Counted from the first letter of the stretch, positions 18,552-32,573 are shown. The stretch: 64,000 bases of DNA from an uncultured Chloroflexia bacterium (GCA_963825525.1 CAWGTN010000002.1:1440001-1504000); one strand, 5' to 3'. Program-made: numbers and translations. The notes: generated by a model from the letters alone, not told the origin.

Positions 18552-19547
18552 TCACGAGTGGCTGACCAGGCTCTTGCGGAACGTCCCGAAGTGCTCGAGC
18601 GCCATGCCGGTGCCGACCGCGACGCTGTTGAGCGCGTTCTCGGCCACGTGGCACGGGATGCCGGTCACCTGGGTCAGGAGCTTGTCCAGGTTGCGCAGGA
18701 GCGATCCACCGCCGGTCATGACCATTCCCTTGTCGATGATGTCGGAGCTGAGCTCGGGTGGTGTCTGCTCAAGCACGTTCCGGACCGCGGTGATGATGGC
18801 CTGCAGTGGCTGCTCGATCGCCTCGGTGATCTCGGTGCTCGTGATCGGGATGGTGCGCGGAAGGCCGGCGATCATGTCGCGCCCCTTGACCTCCATGCGC
18901 AGCGGCTCGTCCATGGGCAGGGCTGAGCCGATCTGGATCTTCACGTCCTCGGCCGTGCGGTCACCGATCATGAGGTTGTACTTGCGTCGGATGTAGTTCG
19001 CGATGCTCTCGTCGAAGCGATTGCCGCCGACGCGCAGGGAGTCACTGACCACGATCCCGCCGAGCGCGATGACGGCGATCTCGCTCGTCCCGCCGCCGAT
19101 GTCGATGATGAGGTTGCCACTCGGCCCGGAGATCGGGACGTTGGCGCCGATGGCGGCGGCGAGCGGCTCCTCGATGAGGTACGCGTCCTTGGCCCCGGCC
19201 TTGAGGGCGGCGTCCCTGACGGCGCGCTTCTCGACGCTCGTCACGCCGGAGGGGACGGAGATCATGACGTCGGGCTTGAAGAGGCGGACGCGGGCCACCT
19301 TGTTGATGACGTAGCGGAGCATGGCCTCGGTGATGAGGTAATCGGCGATGACGCCGTCGCGCATCGGTCGAATGGCTCGGACGTTGCCCGGGGTGCGGCC
19401 GATCATCTCGCGCGCCTCCTCGCCCACCGCGACGAGGCGGTTGTCGTCCTCACTGATCGCCACCACGCTCGGTTCGTTGAGGACGACACCCTTGCCTTTG
19501 ACGTACACGAGAATGTTGGCCGTGCCGAGGTCGATGCCGATCTTCAT
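18552..19547 (-). CDS. mreB: Rod shape-determining actin MreB
   Basis: [50 protein letters not shown]. Confidence 0.95.
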   Translation of the reverse strand: MKIGIDLGTANILVYVKGKGVVLNEPSVVAISEDDNRLVAVGEEAREMIGRTPGNVRAIRPMRDGVIADYLITEAMLRYVINKVARVRLFKPDVMISVPSGVTSVEKRAVRDAALKAGAKDAYLIEEPLAAAIGANVPISGPSGNLIIDIGGGTSEIAVIALGGIVVSDSLRVGGNRFDESIANYIRRKYNLMIGDRTAEDVKIQIGSALPMDEPLRMEVKGRDMIAGLPRTIPITSTEITEAIEQPLQAIITAVRNVLEQTPPELSSDIIDKGMVMTGGGSLLRNLDKLLTQVTGIPCHVAENALNSVAVGTGMALEHFGTFRKSLVSHS

Positions 19548-19683
19548 GAAGGTGCGCGCGGTCCCTCGTACTGGACTGGGTGGGGCGCTCGAAGTATACC
19601 GACGCACGGCCGGACGTCCGCCCACCGATGGTCCTGTCGGTCCCGGGGGTTGGGTGGGTGGCGGCGGGCGTGGGCGCGCGGTT

Positions 19684-19879
19684 GTGTTGACATACGCGCG
19701 CCAGGTGGGCGTATGTCCGGAAGGGCGCGCTCGGCCGGACAACTGCGTTCCTGGTTCGCATTAGCCGATGCGGAGGCTTGGTGAGCCGTCGCGGGGCCCG
19801 CCGTCACGCTCAGCCCGCGCTCGACGACCGCCGGATCCGCACTCGTTGCCCGCTAATGCGAACCACGCGTGCAGTTGGC
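19684..19879. repeat. Inverted-repeat element family 1, copy 1 (overlaps the 3' end of the nuclease gene)
   Basis: Arm GGACAACTGCGTTCCTGGTTCGCATTAGC 19737-19765; inverted arm GCTAATGCGAACCACGCGTGCAGTTG from 19852; GACATACGC/GCGTATGTC hairpin 19689-19717. Confidence 0.75.
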
Positions 19880-20533
19880 AGGGAGACGAACCAGAGAAGC
19901 CCGGTCGGAGCGGGTGAAGCGGGCCGGCGCACCCAGGTGACCGCAGCCCGGCCGCGCACCGCGTATTGATCGAAGAGGATCGCGACCTGCTCGAGACGCC
20001 GGCGCGTGGTTCGGTCCTCCACGAAGATGATGGCCGGCACGACGGACCCGACCCGGCGGTCCGGCCACAGGCGGCGCGCGATTCGGGCCTTGACGTCCAT
20101 GCTGCCGAGCAACTGCTGCACGTCCACGAGATCGGTCTTGAGCTCGATCACGAGGACGGTGGCTGTCACCGGGTGCCAGGCGAGGAGGTCGATGCGGCCG
20201 CGCTCGCCGAAATGGTTGAAGCTGACTTCGGCGCGCACGGTCCAGCCCCAGCGCGTCAGCCGTGCCTTCACGTCCGCCCCCAGTGCCGCGTGGCCAGCGT
20301 CAAGGAGGCGATCCAGGTCCGTGCCCCGCCACGAGATGCGTGGCTCGAACCGAGCGCCCAGCGCAGCCAGGACGCTCTCGACGGAGCCGATGCTGAGGCG
20401 CGCCGCGTGGCCGCGTTCGAGGAGGGAGACCGCGCCACGGCTGACGTTCGCGCGCCGCGCGACATCCAGCTTGGCGCAGGCCGTTCCGGAGCCTGATGGC
20501 GCGGACGTGGCGCCCAACCTGCACGGCATTCAT
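19810..20533 (-). CDS. XRE-HTH fused to a PD-(D/E)XK (restriction endonuclease-like) domain; frameshift near 20470
   Basis: MNAVQVGRHVRAIRLRNGLRQ then, after the frameshift, DVARRANVSRGAVSLLERG (HTH); catalytic-like EVSF...GRIDLLAWH...VIELKT. Confidence 0.75.
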
Positions 20534-20588
20534 CGGTCAAGGGTCGGGCTCGGCACTTATCGGCGGCTTACGGCGCACAATCCACCCC

Positions 20589-21398
20589 ATGCCCGAAGGC
20601 GACACCATCTTCCGCACCGCCAGCGTCCTGCGTCAGGCGCTGCGTGACCGACGCGTCACGGCCGCCCGCGCGCAGGCTCGCCCGGGCATGCGAACGGTCC
20701 CCGACCTTTCCCGCCTGGTCGGTGCAACGATCGACCTGGTCGAGGCCCGCGGCAAGCACCTGATCATCGGCTTCGACAACGGGTTGACGCTCAGGACGCA
20801 CCTGCGCATGAGCGGGTCGTGGCATCGGTATCGGCCGGGTGAGCCGTGGCGGCGGCCCCAGCGTGAGGCCAGTGCCGTGATCGAGACGGCTGAATCGGTG
20901 GCCGTCGCCTTCAACACGCCGACAGTCGAGCTCCTGACGGACGCGGACCTGCGACGCTCGCGAGTTCTCACCGAGCTCGGTCCGGACCTGCTGAGCGGCA
21001 CATTCGACGCGGTTGAAGCGCTGAGCCGGCTCCGCGCACGGGACGGCGAAGAGCTCGGGAACGCGCTGCTGGACCAGCGCGCGGTGGCCGGCATCGGCAA
21101 TGTCTACAAGAGCGAGGTGGCGTTCATCGAGGGCCTCGATCCGTGGAGCCCGGTCACCAGCTTCGATGACGCGGAGATCGAGCGAACGCTGCGGACTGCG
21201 CGACGGCTCCTGCAGGCGAATACGCGAGGTGGCGCGCGCGTCACCACGGCGAGCCCGCGACGCGGGAACGAGCTATGGGTCTACGGGCGGGCCGGCCGCC
21301 CATGCCGGCGTTGCGGGACGCTGATCGAGATGCGACGGCAGGGCGAGCTGGCCCGACAGACGTTCTGGTGCCCGCGCTGCCAGCCGCCTCGGGGCTAG
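20589..21398 (+). CDS. nei: Fpg/Nei family DNA glycosylase
   Basis: MPEGDT N-terminus, RGKHL, HLRMSG, LLDQRAVAGIGNVYKSE, CRRC...CPRCQ zinc finger. Confidence 0.9.
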   Translation: MPEGDTIFRTASVLRQALRDRRVTAARAQARPGMRTVPDLSRLVGATIDLVEARGKHLIIGFDNGLTLRTHLRMSGSWHRYRPGEPWRRPQREASAVIETAESVAVAFNTPTVELLTDADLRRSRVLTELGPDLLSGTFDAVEALSRLRARDGEELGNALLDQRAVAGIGNVYKSEVAFIEGLDPWSPVTSFDDAEIERTLRTARRLLQANTRGGARVTTASPRRGNELWVYGRAGRPCRRCGTLIEMRRQGELARQTFWCPRCQPPRG

Positions 21399-22672
21399 GC
21401 CTCGATCCGGTTGATCCGCGCCCCGAGTGCCACGAGCTTTGCCTCGATCTGCTCGTATCCGCGGTCGACATGCTCGATGCCGGAGATGACACTCGTGCCC
21501 TCGGCGGACAGCGCGGCCAGGATGAGCGTGGCGCCGGCGCGCAGGTCGGCGATCCCGACTTCGGCCCCGTGAAGGCGAGTTGGTCCGGTGATCCGCGCCC
21601 GCCGCTCGTCGACAAGCTCGACGTCCGCTCCCATCCGAACCAGCTCGAGCAGGTGGTCCAGGCGATCCTCGAAGATGGTCTCGTGGATGGTGGAGACCCC
21701 GCGGGACTGGGTCATCAGGACCGAGAGCGGTGCCTGGAAGTCGGTCGCGAATCCGGGATAGGGGTCGGTCTGGACGTCGACGGCGCGCAGCTCCGCATCC
21801 CGGTTGCCGTGGACGGTGAGCGCGGCCCCGTCCGGATCGGCCTCGTACGCGATGCCCATCTGGTCGCACACGGCCAGGAAGGCGCCCAGGTGCGCAGGGT
21901 CCACGCCGGTCGCTCGCACGCTTCCACCGGTGACGGCCGCCGCAATCGCGAAGGTCTCCGCCTCGAGCCGATCACCAAGGACGCGGTGCTCAGTCCCGTG
22001 AAGGGCGGAAACTCCCTCGATCTCGATCCGCCGCTCCGCCGTCCGCTCGATCTGCGCCCCCATGCCACGGAGCATGGTGATGAGGTCGTCGATCTCGGGT
22101 TCGAGGGCCGTGTTGTCGAGGACCGTTGTCCCGCGAGCCAGGGTGGCCGCCATCATCGCGTTCTCGGTGCCCATGACCGTCACCGTCGGAAACTCGAACG
22201 TGGCGCCGTGGAGCCCCTCAGCCGGCGCCGATGCGAAGTAATAGCCATTGCGGTAGACGATGGTGGCCCCCATCCGCTCCAGCGCGGCAACGTGAAGGTC
22301 CACTGGTCGCCGGCCGATGCGATCGCCGCCGGGGTTGGGCAGGATCACTCGTCCGAATCGGGCCAGCATCGGCCCCAGCAGGATGAAGCTGGCGCGCATC
22401 TTGATCCCGGCTTCGAGCGGGACGAAGGGCCAGGTGGCCTCGACCGCGCGCAGCTCCAGGGCGTCGCCGTTGACGCGGCGGACCTCGAATCCGATGTCGG
22501 AGAGCAGCTCCCGGAGGATGGCGACATCGCTGATCTTCGGGACATTGCGAAGAAGGCAGGTCTCACCCGTCAGGACGGCCGCCGCCATTTCCTTCAGGAC
22601 CGCGTTCTTGGCGCCGGCGATGCGCACCTCTCCGGACAGCGGCACGCCGCCGGTGATGACGAACTTCTGCAT
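21395..22672 (-). CDS. murA: UDP-N-acetylglucosamine 1-carboxyvinyltransferase
   Basis: GAKNA, MRAS, PGGDRIGRRPVDLH, TVMGTEN, YPGFATDFQ, DLRAGA, DRGYE. Confidence 0.95.
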   Translation of the reverse strand: MQKFVITGGVPLSGEVRIAGAKNAVLKEMAAAVLTGETCLLRNVPKISDVAILRELLSDIGFEVRRVNGDALELRAVEATWPFVPLEAGIKMRASFILLGPMLARFGRVILPNPGGDRIGRRPVDLHVAALERMGATIVYRNGYYFASAPAEGLHGATFEFPTVTVMGTENAMMAATLARGTTVLDNTALEPEIDDLITMLRGMGAQIERTAERRIEIEGVSALHGTEHRVLGDRLEAETFAIAAAVTGGSVRATGVDPAHLGAFLAVCDQMGIAYEADPDGAALTVHGNRDAELRAVDVQTDPYPGFATDFQAPLSVLMTQSRGVSTIHETIFEDRLDHLLELVRMGADVELVDERRARITGPTRLHGAEVGIADLRAGATLILAALSAEGTSVISGIEHVDRGYEQIEAKLVALGARINRIEA

Positions 22673-22765
22673 GGAACGGTGCAGTCTAGTGCGCGAGGGT
22701 GCGGCGTGCGGACCCGGGAGCTGTGCCGGGAGCGGTGCCGAGGGCGTTGCTGGGAGCCGCCACGC

Positions 22766-23092
22766 TCAGGACGGGTAGGCTTCCTTCCACTCGTGGCCGC
22801 CGAGATGGTGGCCATCACACAGCCCGACCCGACCGCCCATGTGACGTGACGGCAGGTACGGCTGCATCCCCTCCTCGAACGCCGTGGGTTCCCGGTTGCA
22901 GATCATCATGCGCGACTCCCGGGCCCACTCGTAGAGGTGGTCGGACGAGCAGAATCGATACGGCTTGGTGAAGTTCACCGTCTCGCCGTGGGCAGGAGAG
23001 GACGGAAGGCCGATGGGACCCGTCTCGCGCACCACCTCGATCCGGACCGGCAGCTGCGGCATCCGGGTGCCGCACTGGTCGCAGCTCAGCAT
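22766..23092 (-). CDS. Small putative metal-binding protein
   Basis: CDQC...FCSSDH (TRASH-like) and C...C..HH..GH; GC-typical codon usage. Confidence 0.6.
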   Translation of the reverse strand: MLSCDQCGTRMPQLPVRIEVVRETGPIGLPSSPAHGETVNFTKPYRFCSSDHLYEWARESRMMICNREPTAFEEGMQPYLPSRHMGGRVGLCDGHHLGGHEWKEAYPS

Positions 23093-23104
23093 CTCAGCAT
23101 CTGC

Positions 23105-23350
23105 TCAGTCCAGGTAGTGGGCGCCGTCATCCTCGCGATGGTTCGCGACGAAGTCCGGATCCTGGTTCGGGTCCGCGCCGATCGGCGAGCCCTTGTGTGG
23201 CTTGAAATCGACCGGGCAGATGAACGGGTACTCGCGGCCGATCTTTCGGAGCTCCTGCATGCGCCGATGACCGGCATCGGGCTGGCCTTCCGGTCCGCGC
23301 AGGTGCGCGCGCTCGGCTTCCTCGGGGGTCATCGGCGTGTCGTCCGTCAC
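23105..23350 (-). CDS. Hypothetical protein (81 aa)
   Basis: Co-oriented ORF filling the gap; possible -10 TAGCAT just upstream of the GTG. Confidence 0.55.
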   Translation of the reverse strand: MTDDTPMTPEEAERAHLRGPEGQPDAGHRRMQELRKIGREYPFICPVDFKPHKGSPIGADPNQDPDFVANHREDDGAHYLD

Positions 23351-23439
23351 GGGTCGATGCTAGCGCAGGTGCCGATGAGGGGCCAGATGTGGCTTCGGGG
23401 GTGGTGGTGCGGGCGTGCGGGGCGTGCGAGCCGTCCAAT

Positions 23440-23735
23440 GGACAACCGCGCGTGTGATTCGCATTAGCCGGGGTGCGGGCGCCTGGGGGTCGTCGCCCAC
23501 GCTCAGCGGGTCGTGATTTCGGCCGTTTCGGGGCTCCCCAGACCGCTAATGCGAACCAGGACGGCAGTTGTCCGAACGAGGCGGCCGTGTTGACATACGC
23601 GAACCAGGCGAGCGGTTGGCGGGAAGCAGCCAGTCGCGCGAGACGCGATTTCAGCTTGGCGGGAAGCGGCTGGGCCGCGCGAGACGCGGCTTCAGCTTGG
23701 CGCGAACCAGGCTAGCGGTTGGCGAGAGCCGGCCG
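23440..23735. repeat. Inverted-repeat element family 1, copy 2, plus adjacent direct repeats
   Basis: GGACAACCGCGCGTGTGATTCGCATTAGC 23440-23468; GCTAATGCGAACCAGGACGGCAGTTGTCC 23545-23573; GTGTTGACATACGCG from 23587; repeated CGCGAACCAGGC.AGCGGTTGGCG and CGCGCGAGACGCG..TTCAGCTTGGCG. Confidence 0.78.
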
Positions 23736-23739
23736 AGGC

Positions 23740-24150
23740 TCAGCCGCGGGAACGGCGGCGGGTCGCGATCCGTTCACGCATGAGCGCGGTCTGCAGCGAC
23801 GCCCGCACCCGCGCGATGTCCACCGGGTCCTTCGTCTGCTCGAGCTCCGCCTCGGCGTGCCGGCGAGCCTCGACGGCCTTCGCCTCGTCGATCTCGTCGG
23901 AATGCTCCGCCAGATCGGCCATGACGATGACCTTGTCCGAGCGCACCTCGACGAAGCCGCCGCTGATCAGCAAGGACTGCTCGGTGCCGCCCTTCTTGAT
24001 CCGCAGCTCGCCGACGCCCAGGGCGCTGATGAGCCGCGTGTGGTGCGGCAGGATGCCGAGCTGGCCATCGATGCCGGGCACGATGACCATGTCCACCTCA
24101 TCGGTGAACGCGCGCCGCTCGGGACTGACGATCTCCAGCTGCAGGGGCAT
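23740..24150 (-). CDS. atpC: ATP synthase F1 epsilon
   Basis: LEIVSPER...GQLGILPHH...SGGFVEV. Confidence 0.95.
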   Translation of the reverse strand: MPLQLEIVSPERRAFTDEVDMVIVPGIDGQLGILPHHTRLISALGVGELRIKKGGTEQSLLISGGFVEVRSDKVIVMADLAEHSDEIDEAKAVEARRHAEAELEQTKDPVDIARVRASLQTALMRERIATRRRSRG

Positions 24151-25584
<1,434 letters not shown>

Positions 25585-26475
25585 CTATCCGAGCGCTTCC
25601 GCGCCGGAGGCAATCTCGATCATTTCGCGGGTAATGGTCGCCTGGCGAGTCTTGTTGTAGACCAGCGTCAGGTCGTCGATGAGCTCGTTCGCATTGTCGG
25701 TCGAGTTGCGCATGGCGATCATGCGTGCCGATTGCTCCGAGGCGTTGTTCTCGAGCACGGCCCGATAGATGCCGATGGCCACGTAGTGCGGCAGCAGCCG
25801 GCTGAGCACCGCCTCCGGCGATGGCTCGAACAGGTACTCGTCGTTCGTCCGCTCGCTCTCCTCCGCCATCTCGGGTCGCACGACCGGGAGCAGCGTGTCG
25901 ACCTCCGGCTTCTGGGCCAGCGTCGACACGAAGGTGCTGTAGGCGATGTCGATCTCGTCGTACTTGCCCGACAGGAAGTCCTCGGTCACCAGCCGCGCGA
26001 TGGGCGTGACGTCGCTGAATGCCGGCCTGTCACCCAGCGGCGGGAAGTGCGCAGCGATCGGGACGCCGGCACGCCGCAGGGCATCACGGCCCTTGCGTCC
26101 CACGGTGATGGCCTCGATCTCCACCGACCCGTTGCCGGTGTCCGTCGTCGCCCGCCGGGTGACCCAGCGAAGCACCGACCGCGTGGCGTTCGCGTTGAGG
26201 GAGCCGGCGAGTCCGCGGTCGGTGGTGATCACGATGATCGCCGCGCGCTTCACGGGACGGCTGGCGAGCAGCGGGTCAATCTCCGCATCGAGTCCCGCGG
26301 CTCCACCAACGCGCTCGAGAACCGCCTCGATCTCGTCGGCATAGGGTCGCGCGGCCAGGATGGAGTCCTGCGCGCGCTTCATGCGCGACGCGGCCACCAT
26401 CTCCATCGCCCGGGTGATCTGGGCGATGTTCCGGACCGATCCGATCCGGCCGCGAATGTCCTTCAGGCTCGGCAT
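25585..26475 (-). CDS. atpG: ATP synthase F1 gamma
   Basis: QITRAMEMVAAS, TDRGLAG, SEQSARMIAM, RQATITRE. Confidence 0.96.
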   Translation of the reverse strand: MPSLKDIRGRIGSVRNIAQITRAMEMVAASRMKRAQDSILAARPYADEIEAVLERVGGAAGLDAEIDPLLASRPVKRAAIIVITTDRGLAGSLNANATRSVLRWVTRRATTDTGNGSVEIEAITVGRKGRDALRRAGVPIAAHFPPLGDRPAFSDVTPIARLVTEDFLSGKYDEIDIAYSTFVSTLAQKPEVDTLLPVVRPEMAEESERTNDEYLFEPSPEAVLSRLLPHYVAIGIYRAVLENNASEQSARMIAMRNSTDNANELIDDLTLVYNKTRQATITREMIEIASGAEALG

Positions 26476-26507
26476 CTAGCTGGACTTCTCCATGCGCTGC
26501 CCCTGCT

Positions 26508-26684
26508 GCTCGATAGTTCGCGGGATTCGCACATGAGCAGCGTTCGGCGTGCGATTTCCGCGATCAATCGAGCGTGTCGACGCTGGAACTGCACGCCGGC
26601 GGGCCACTCGTGCGGCCGGTCCATCGATAGATCGCGGGGATCGCACCTGAACAGCCGGTAATGTGAAATTCCCTCGATCTATCG

Positions 26685-26686
<2 letters not shown>
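26508..26686. repeat. Four-arm REP/BIME-like element family 2, copy 1 (between atpA and atpG)
   Basis: Arms 26508-26532, 26549-26573 (inverted), 26625-26646, 26663-26684 (inverted); consensus about CGATAGATCGCGGGRATCGCAC; 16-nt loops. Confidence 0.8.
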
Positions 26687-28439
<1,753 letters not shown>

Positions 28440-28453
28440 GGAGTTCCTTCCTA

Positions 28454-28990
28454 CTAGACGGCGGTGAGCCGGGCGCGAAGCCGCTCGAGGCGACTCCGCA
28501 CGCTTGCGTCGTACAGTCGATCACCGATGCGGACACTCAGCCCGCCGATCAGCGATTCGTCGACCACTTCCTTCATCTCGATCGTGTCGCCGGTCAGCTC
28601 CCCGAGCCGAGCCGTGACGGCCGCACGCTGCTCATCGTCGAGCGGCAGCGCGGTCCGCACCTCCGCCAGTGAGATTCCCCGCTCCCTGCGCACGAGCTCG
28701 GCGAAGCGATCCACCATGGCGTCGATGGCTCCGGGGCGTCCGCGGCGAACCATGAGCAGCGCCAGGCTGAGCGACTCCTGGGAGACGCCCTCGACCACCC
28801 GACGCAGGACCTTCTCCTTCTCGGCGAAGGGAACCGCGGGATGCTCGACCAGCCGGCGAAGCTCCTTGTCGGCCAGGGCGTCGCGCAGCGTCGCCAGGTC
28901 ACGCTCCCAGGCGTCGAGCGTCTCATCGGCCTTTCCGATCTCGAACGCAGCGTCGGCGTAGCGACGGGCGGCCGTCTCGCGTCGTGCCAT
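28454..28990 (-). CDS. atpH: ATP synthase F1 delta
   Basis: ARRYADA...VDESLIGG...[10 protein letters not shown]. Confidence 0.94.
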   Translation of the reverse strand: MARRETAARRYADAAFEIGKADETLDAWERDLATLRDALADKELRRLVEHPAVPFAEKEKVLRRVVEGVSQESLSLALLMVRRGRPGAIDAMVDRFAELVRRERGISLAEVRTALPLDDEQRAAVTARLGELTGDTIEMKEVVDESLIGGLSVRIGDRLYDASVRSRLERLRARLTAV

Positions 28991-28994
28991 CAGA

Positions 28995-29522
28995 TCAGCT
29001 GCGGGCCGACTTCGATGGTTTGGTCGGCTGGACCTCGGCGAGGAACTCCTCGACGAGTCGCCGCTGCGCCTTGTCGTCCATCTCGTGTCGGATCAGCTTG
29101 CCGGCGGCCGCCAGCGCGAGCTCGGCAACCTGGCCGCGGATCTCGGCCATGGCGCGATCCTTCTCGGCCACGATCTCCTCCCGTGCGCGGGCGGTGACCT
29201 TCTCGGCCTCCGCGCGTGCCTCGGTCAGGATCTCGTTGCGGGTGTCGTCGGCGATCTTGTTGGCGCGAGCGATCATCTCGTTCGCCTCCTTGCGCGCCTC
29301 GACCACGGCGGCCTCGCGCTCGGCGCGGGCTAGCTCGCGATCACGTGCCGCGACCTCCGCGTCCTCCAGCCCCTTCTCGATCTTCGATCCGCGCTCGTCC
29401 ATGCGCGCCAGCAGCGGCTTGAACAGGAAGCGGTTGAGGATGTAGAGGAGCAGCAGGAAGTTGACGACCTGGAAGAACAGGCCGACGACGTTGACATCGA
29501 ACGCCTCGATGAGGGCTTCCAC
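28995..29522 (-). CDS. atpF: ATP synthase F0 b
   Basis: QVVNFLLLLYILNRFLFKPL followed by coiled coil. Confidence 0.94.
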   Translation of the reverse strand: MEALIEAFDVNVVGLFFQVVNFLLLLYILNRFLFKPLLARMDERGSKIEKGLEDAEVAARDRELARAEREAAVVEARKEANEMIARANKIADDTRNEILTEARAEAEKVTARAREEIVAEKDRAMAEIRGQVAELALAAAGKLIRHEMDDKAQRRLVEEFLAEVQPTKPSKSARS

Positions 29523-29533
29523 CTACCGGGGTC

Positions 29534-30680
<1,147 letters not shown>

Positions 30681-30699
30681 GCAGGATCCTCTTCGTGTG

Positions 30700-30951
30700 C
30701 TAGCGCGAGTTCATCTGGTGTCGGGCCACGTCCCAGATGGAGTACATCGCGGCGCCGATGCCGACCGCCACCCCGATCAGGGTGAACAGCGGCGAGGTGT
30801 TCGCCCAATTGTCGAGCAGCACGCCTGCCACGACACCGATGACGACCGAAAGGCCGAGCCGCATCCCCAGGTCGAGCACCATCCCCCACTGCGGGGGACG
30901 TGCGACCGGACCGGGTTTGCCCTCACGTCCGTTCGGTTGTCGACTGCTCAT
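30700..30951 (-). CDS. AtpZ/AtpI-family small membrane protein
   Basis: GVVAGVLLDNWANTSPLFTLIG motif; position at the head of the atp operon. Confidence 0.8.
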   Translation of the reverse strand: MSSRQPNGREGKPGPVARPPQWGMVLDLGMRLGLSVVIGVVAGVLLDNWANTSPLFTLIGVAVGIGAAMYSIWDVARHQMNSR

Positions 30952-31207
30952 GTTGCTCCGCTCCGGGTCCACCCGCGACATCCTCGCCGCGCAGTCGGGC
31001 CATGTTGGTCGTGATGAACCGACGAAGCCAGAGTGCGGTGACGAGCGTGCCGATCGCGAGGCCACTCAACACGAAGAGGGGCGCAGTCCCCAGATTCCCG
31101 TCGACGACGAGACCGGCGATCACGCCTCCCACCAGCGGCAGGGCCACGATGAGCGTCACCTGGGCCAGCACTCTGCCAGGCCCGAAGCTCTGCCGTTGTT
31201 GTGTCAT
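30923..31207 (-). CDS. Second AtpZ/AtpI-family small membrane protein
   Basis: GVIAGLVVDGNLGTAPLFVLSG motif. Confidence 0.75.
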   Translation of the reverse strand: MTQQRQSFGPGRVLAQVTLIVALPLVGGVIAGLVVDGNLGTAPLFVLSGLAIGTLVTALWLRRFITTNMARLRGEDVAGGPGAEQHEQSTTERT

Positions 31208-31291
31208 GTTCGAGTTCGACTCACAGCGGTCGGACGCCGGGAGTATAGCCGAGGCTCCCTGATCGTGCCCATCGCGGGCAGGTACGACGTG

Positions 31292-32573
31292 TCAGGCGGG
31301 CACGTCAGCGGTCGAGCGGGTCCCGGGCAGGCCGGGGACCGGGAAGCGGTCGGTGATGGCGGCCACGCGCTGGCGAATGGCCCCCTGCGCATCCTCGTCT
31401 CCGCGTGCCGCGACGCCGTCGACGATCAGCTGCGCGATCGAGCGCATCTCGGCCTCGCGCATGCCACGCGACGTGACCGCCGGGGTGCCGACCCGGACCC
31501 CCGAGCCGATCATCGGCTTCTCGGGGTCGTAGGGAATCGTGTTCTTGTTCACCGTGATGCGGACCTGGCCGAGGGCCGCATCGGCCTCTTTGCCGTTCAC
31601 GCCCAGGGGTCGCACGTCCACCAGCATGAGGTGATTGTCCGTGCCGCCCGAGACGATCGAGGCCCCGGCCTCGGCCAGCGAGGCGGCAAGGACGCGGGCG
31701 TTGTCCACCGTGGCCTGCTGGTCGGCGCGGAATTCGGGGCTCATCGCCTCGCGGAAGGCGACCGCCTTGGCCGCGATGATGTGCATGAGCGGCCCGCCCT
31801 GGAGGCCGGGGAAGACGCTCTTGTCGATCGCCTTGGCGTGCACCTCACGGCTCAGGATCAGTCCCCCGCGAGGGCCCCGGAGCGTCTTGTGGGTCGTGGT
31901 GGTGACGACGTCGGCGTGCGGCACCGGCGAGGGATGGACCCCGGCGGCAACGAGACCCGCGAAGTGGGCCATGTCGCACATGTGGAGCGCGCCAACCTCG
32001 TCGGCGATGGCGCGGAACGCCTCGAAGTCCCACAGGCGCGAATAGGCCGTGGCGCCGGTCAGGATCATCTTCGGCTTGTGCTCGTAGGGCCAGCGCGCGG
32101 ACCTCGTCCATGTCGATGCGGTGCGTCTCGCGGTCGACGTGGTACGGCACGAAGTTGTAGTACTGCCCGCTGAAGTTGACGGGGCTTCCATGAGTCAGGT
32201 GGCCTCCCTGGTCGAGGCTCAGCCCCAGCACCGTGTCGCCGCGCTCGAGCAGGGCGTGGAAGACGGCCATGTTGGCCTGCGCACCGGCGTGAGGCTGGAC
32301 GTTGACATGCTCGGCGCCGAAGAGCTCCTTCGCGCGGTCACGCGCCAGGTTCTCCGCCACGTCGACCACCTCGCAGCCACCGTAGTAGCGGCGTCCCGGA
32401 TAGCCCTCGGCGTACTTGCCGGTGAGGATCGTCCCCATGGCCTGCAGCACGGCGAGCGACGGATAGTTCTCCGAGGCGATCAGCTCGAGGTGTGAGGTGG
32501 TTCGCGCTTCCTCGTCGCGCACGACCTGCGCGATCTCGGGATCGGCGACGTCGAGAGGGGCCCACAGATCCAT
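31292..32573 (-). CDS. glyA: Serine hydroxymethyltransferase, frameshift near 32088
   Basis: [28 protein letters not shown] in one frame; [22 protein letters not shown] in another. Confidence 0.9.

Noticed and set aside
19699-23610. Composite transposon carrying nei and murA between the outer inverted repeats
   Set aside because: No transposase or target-site duplication seen, and murA is in its usual atpC-proximal position; independent repeat insertions are simpler
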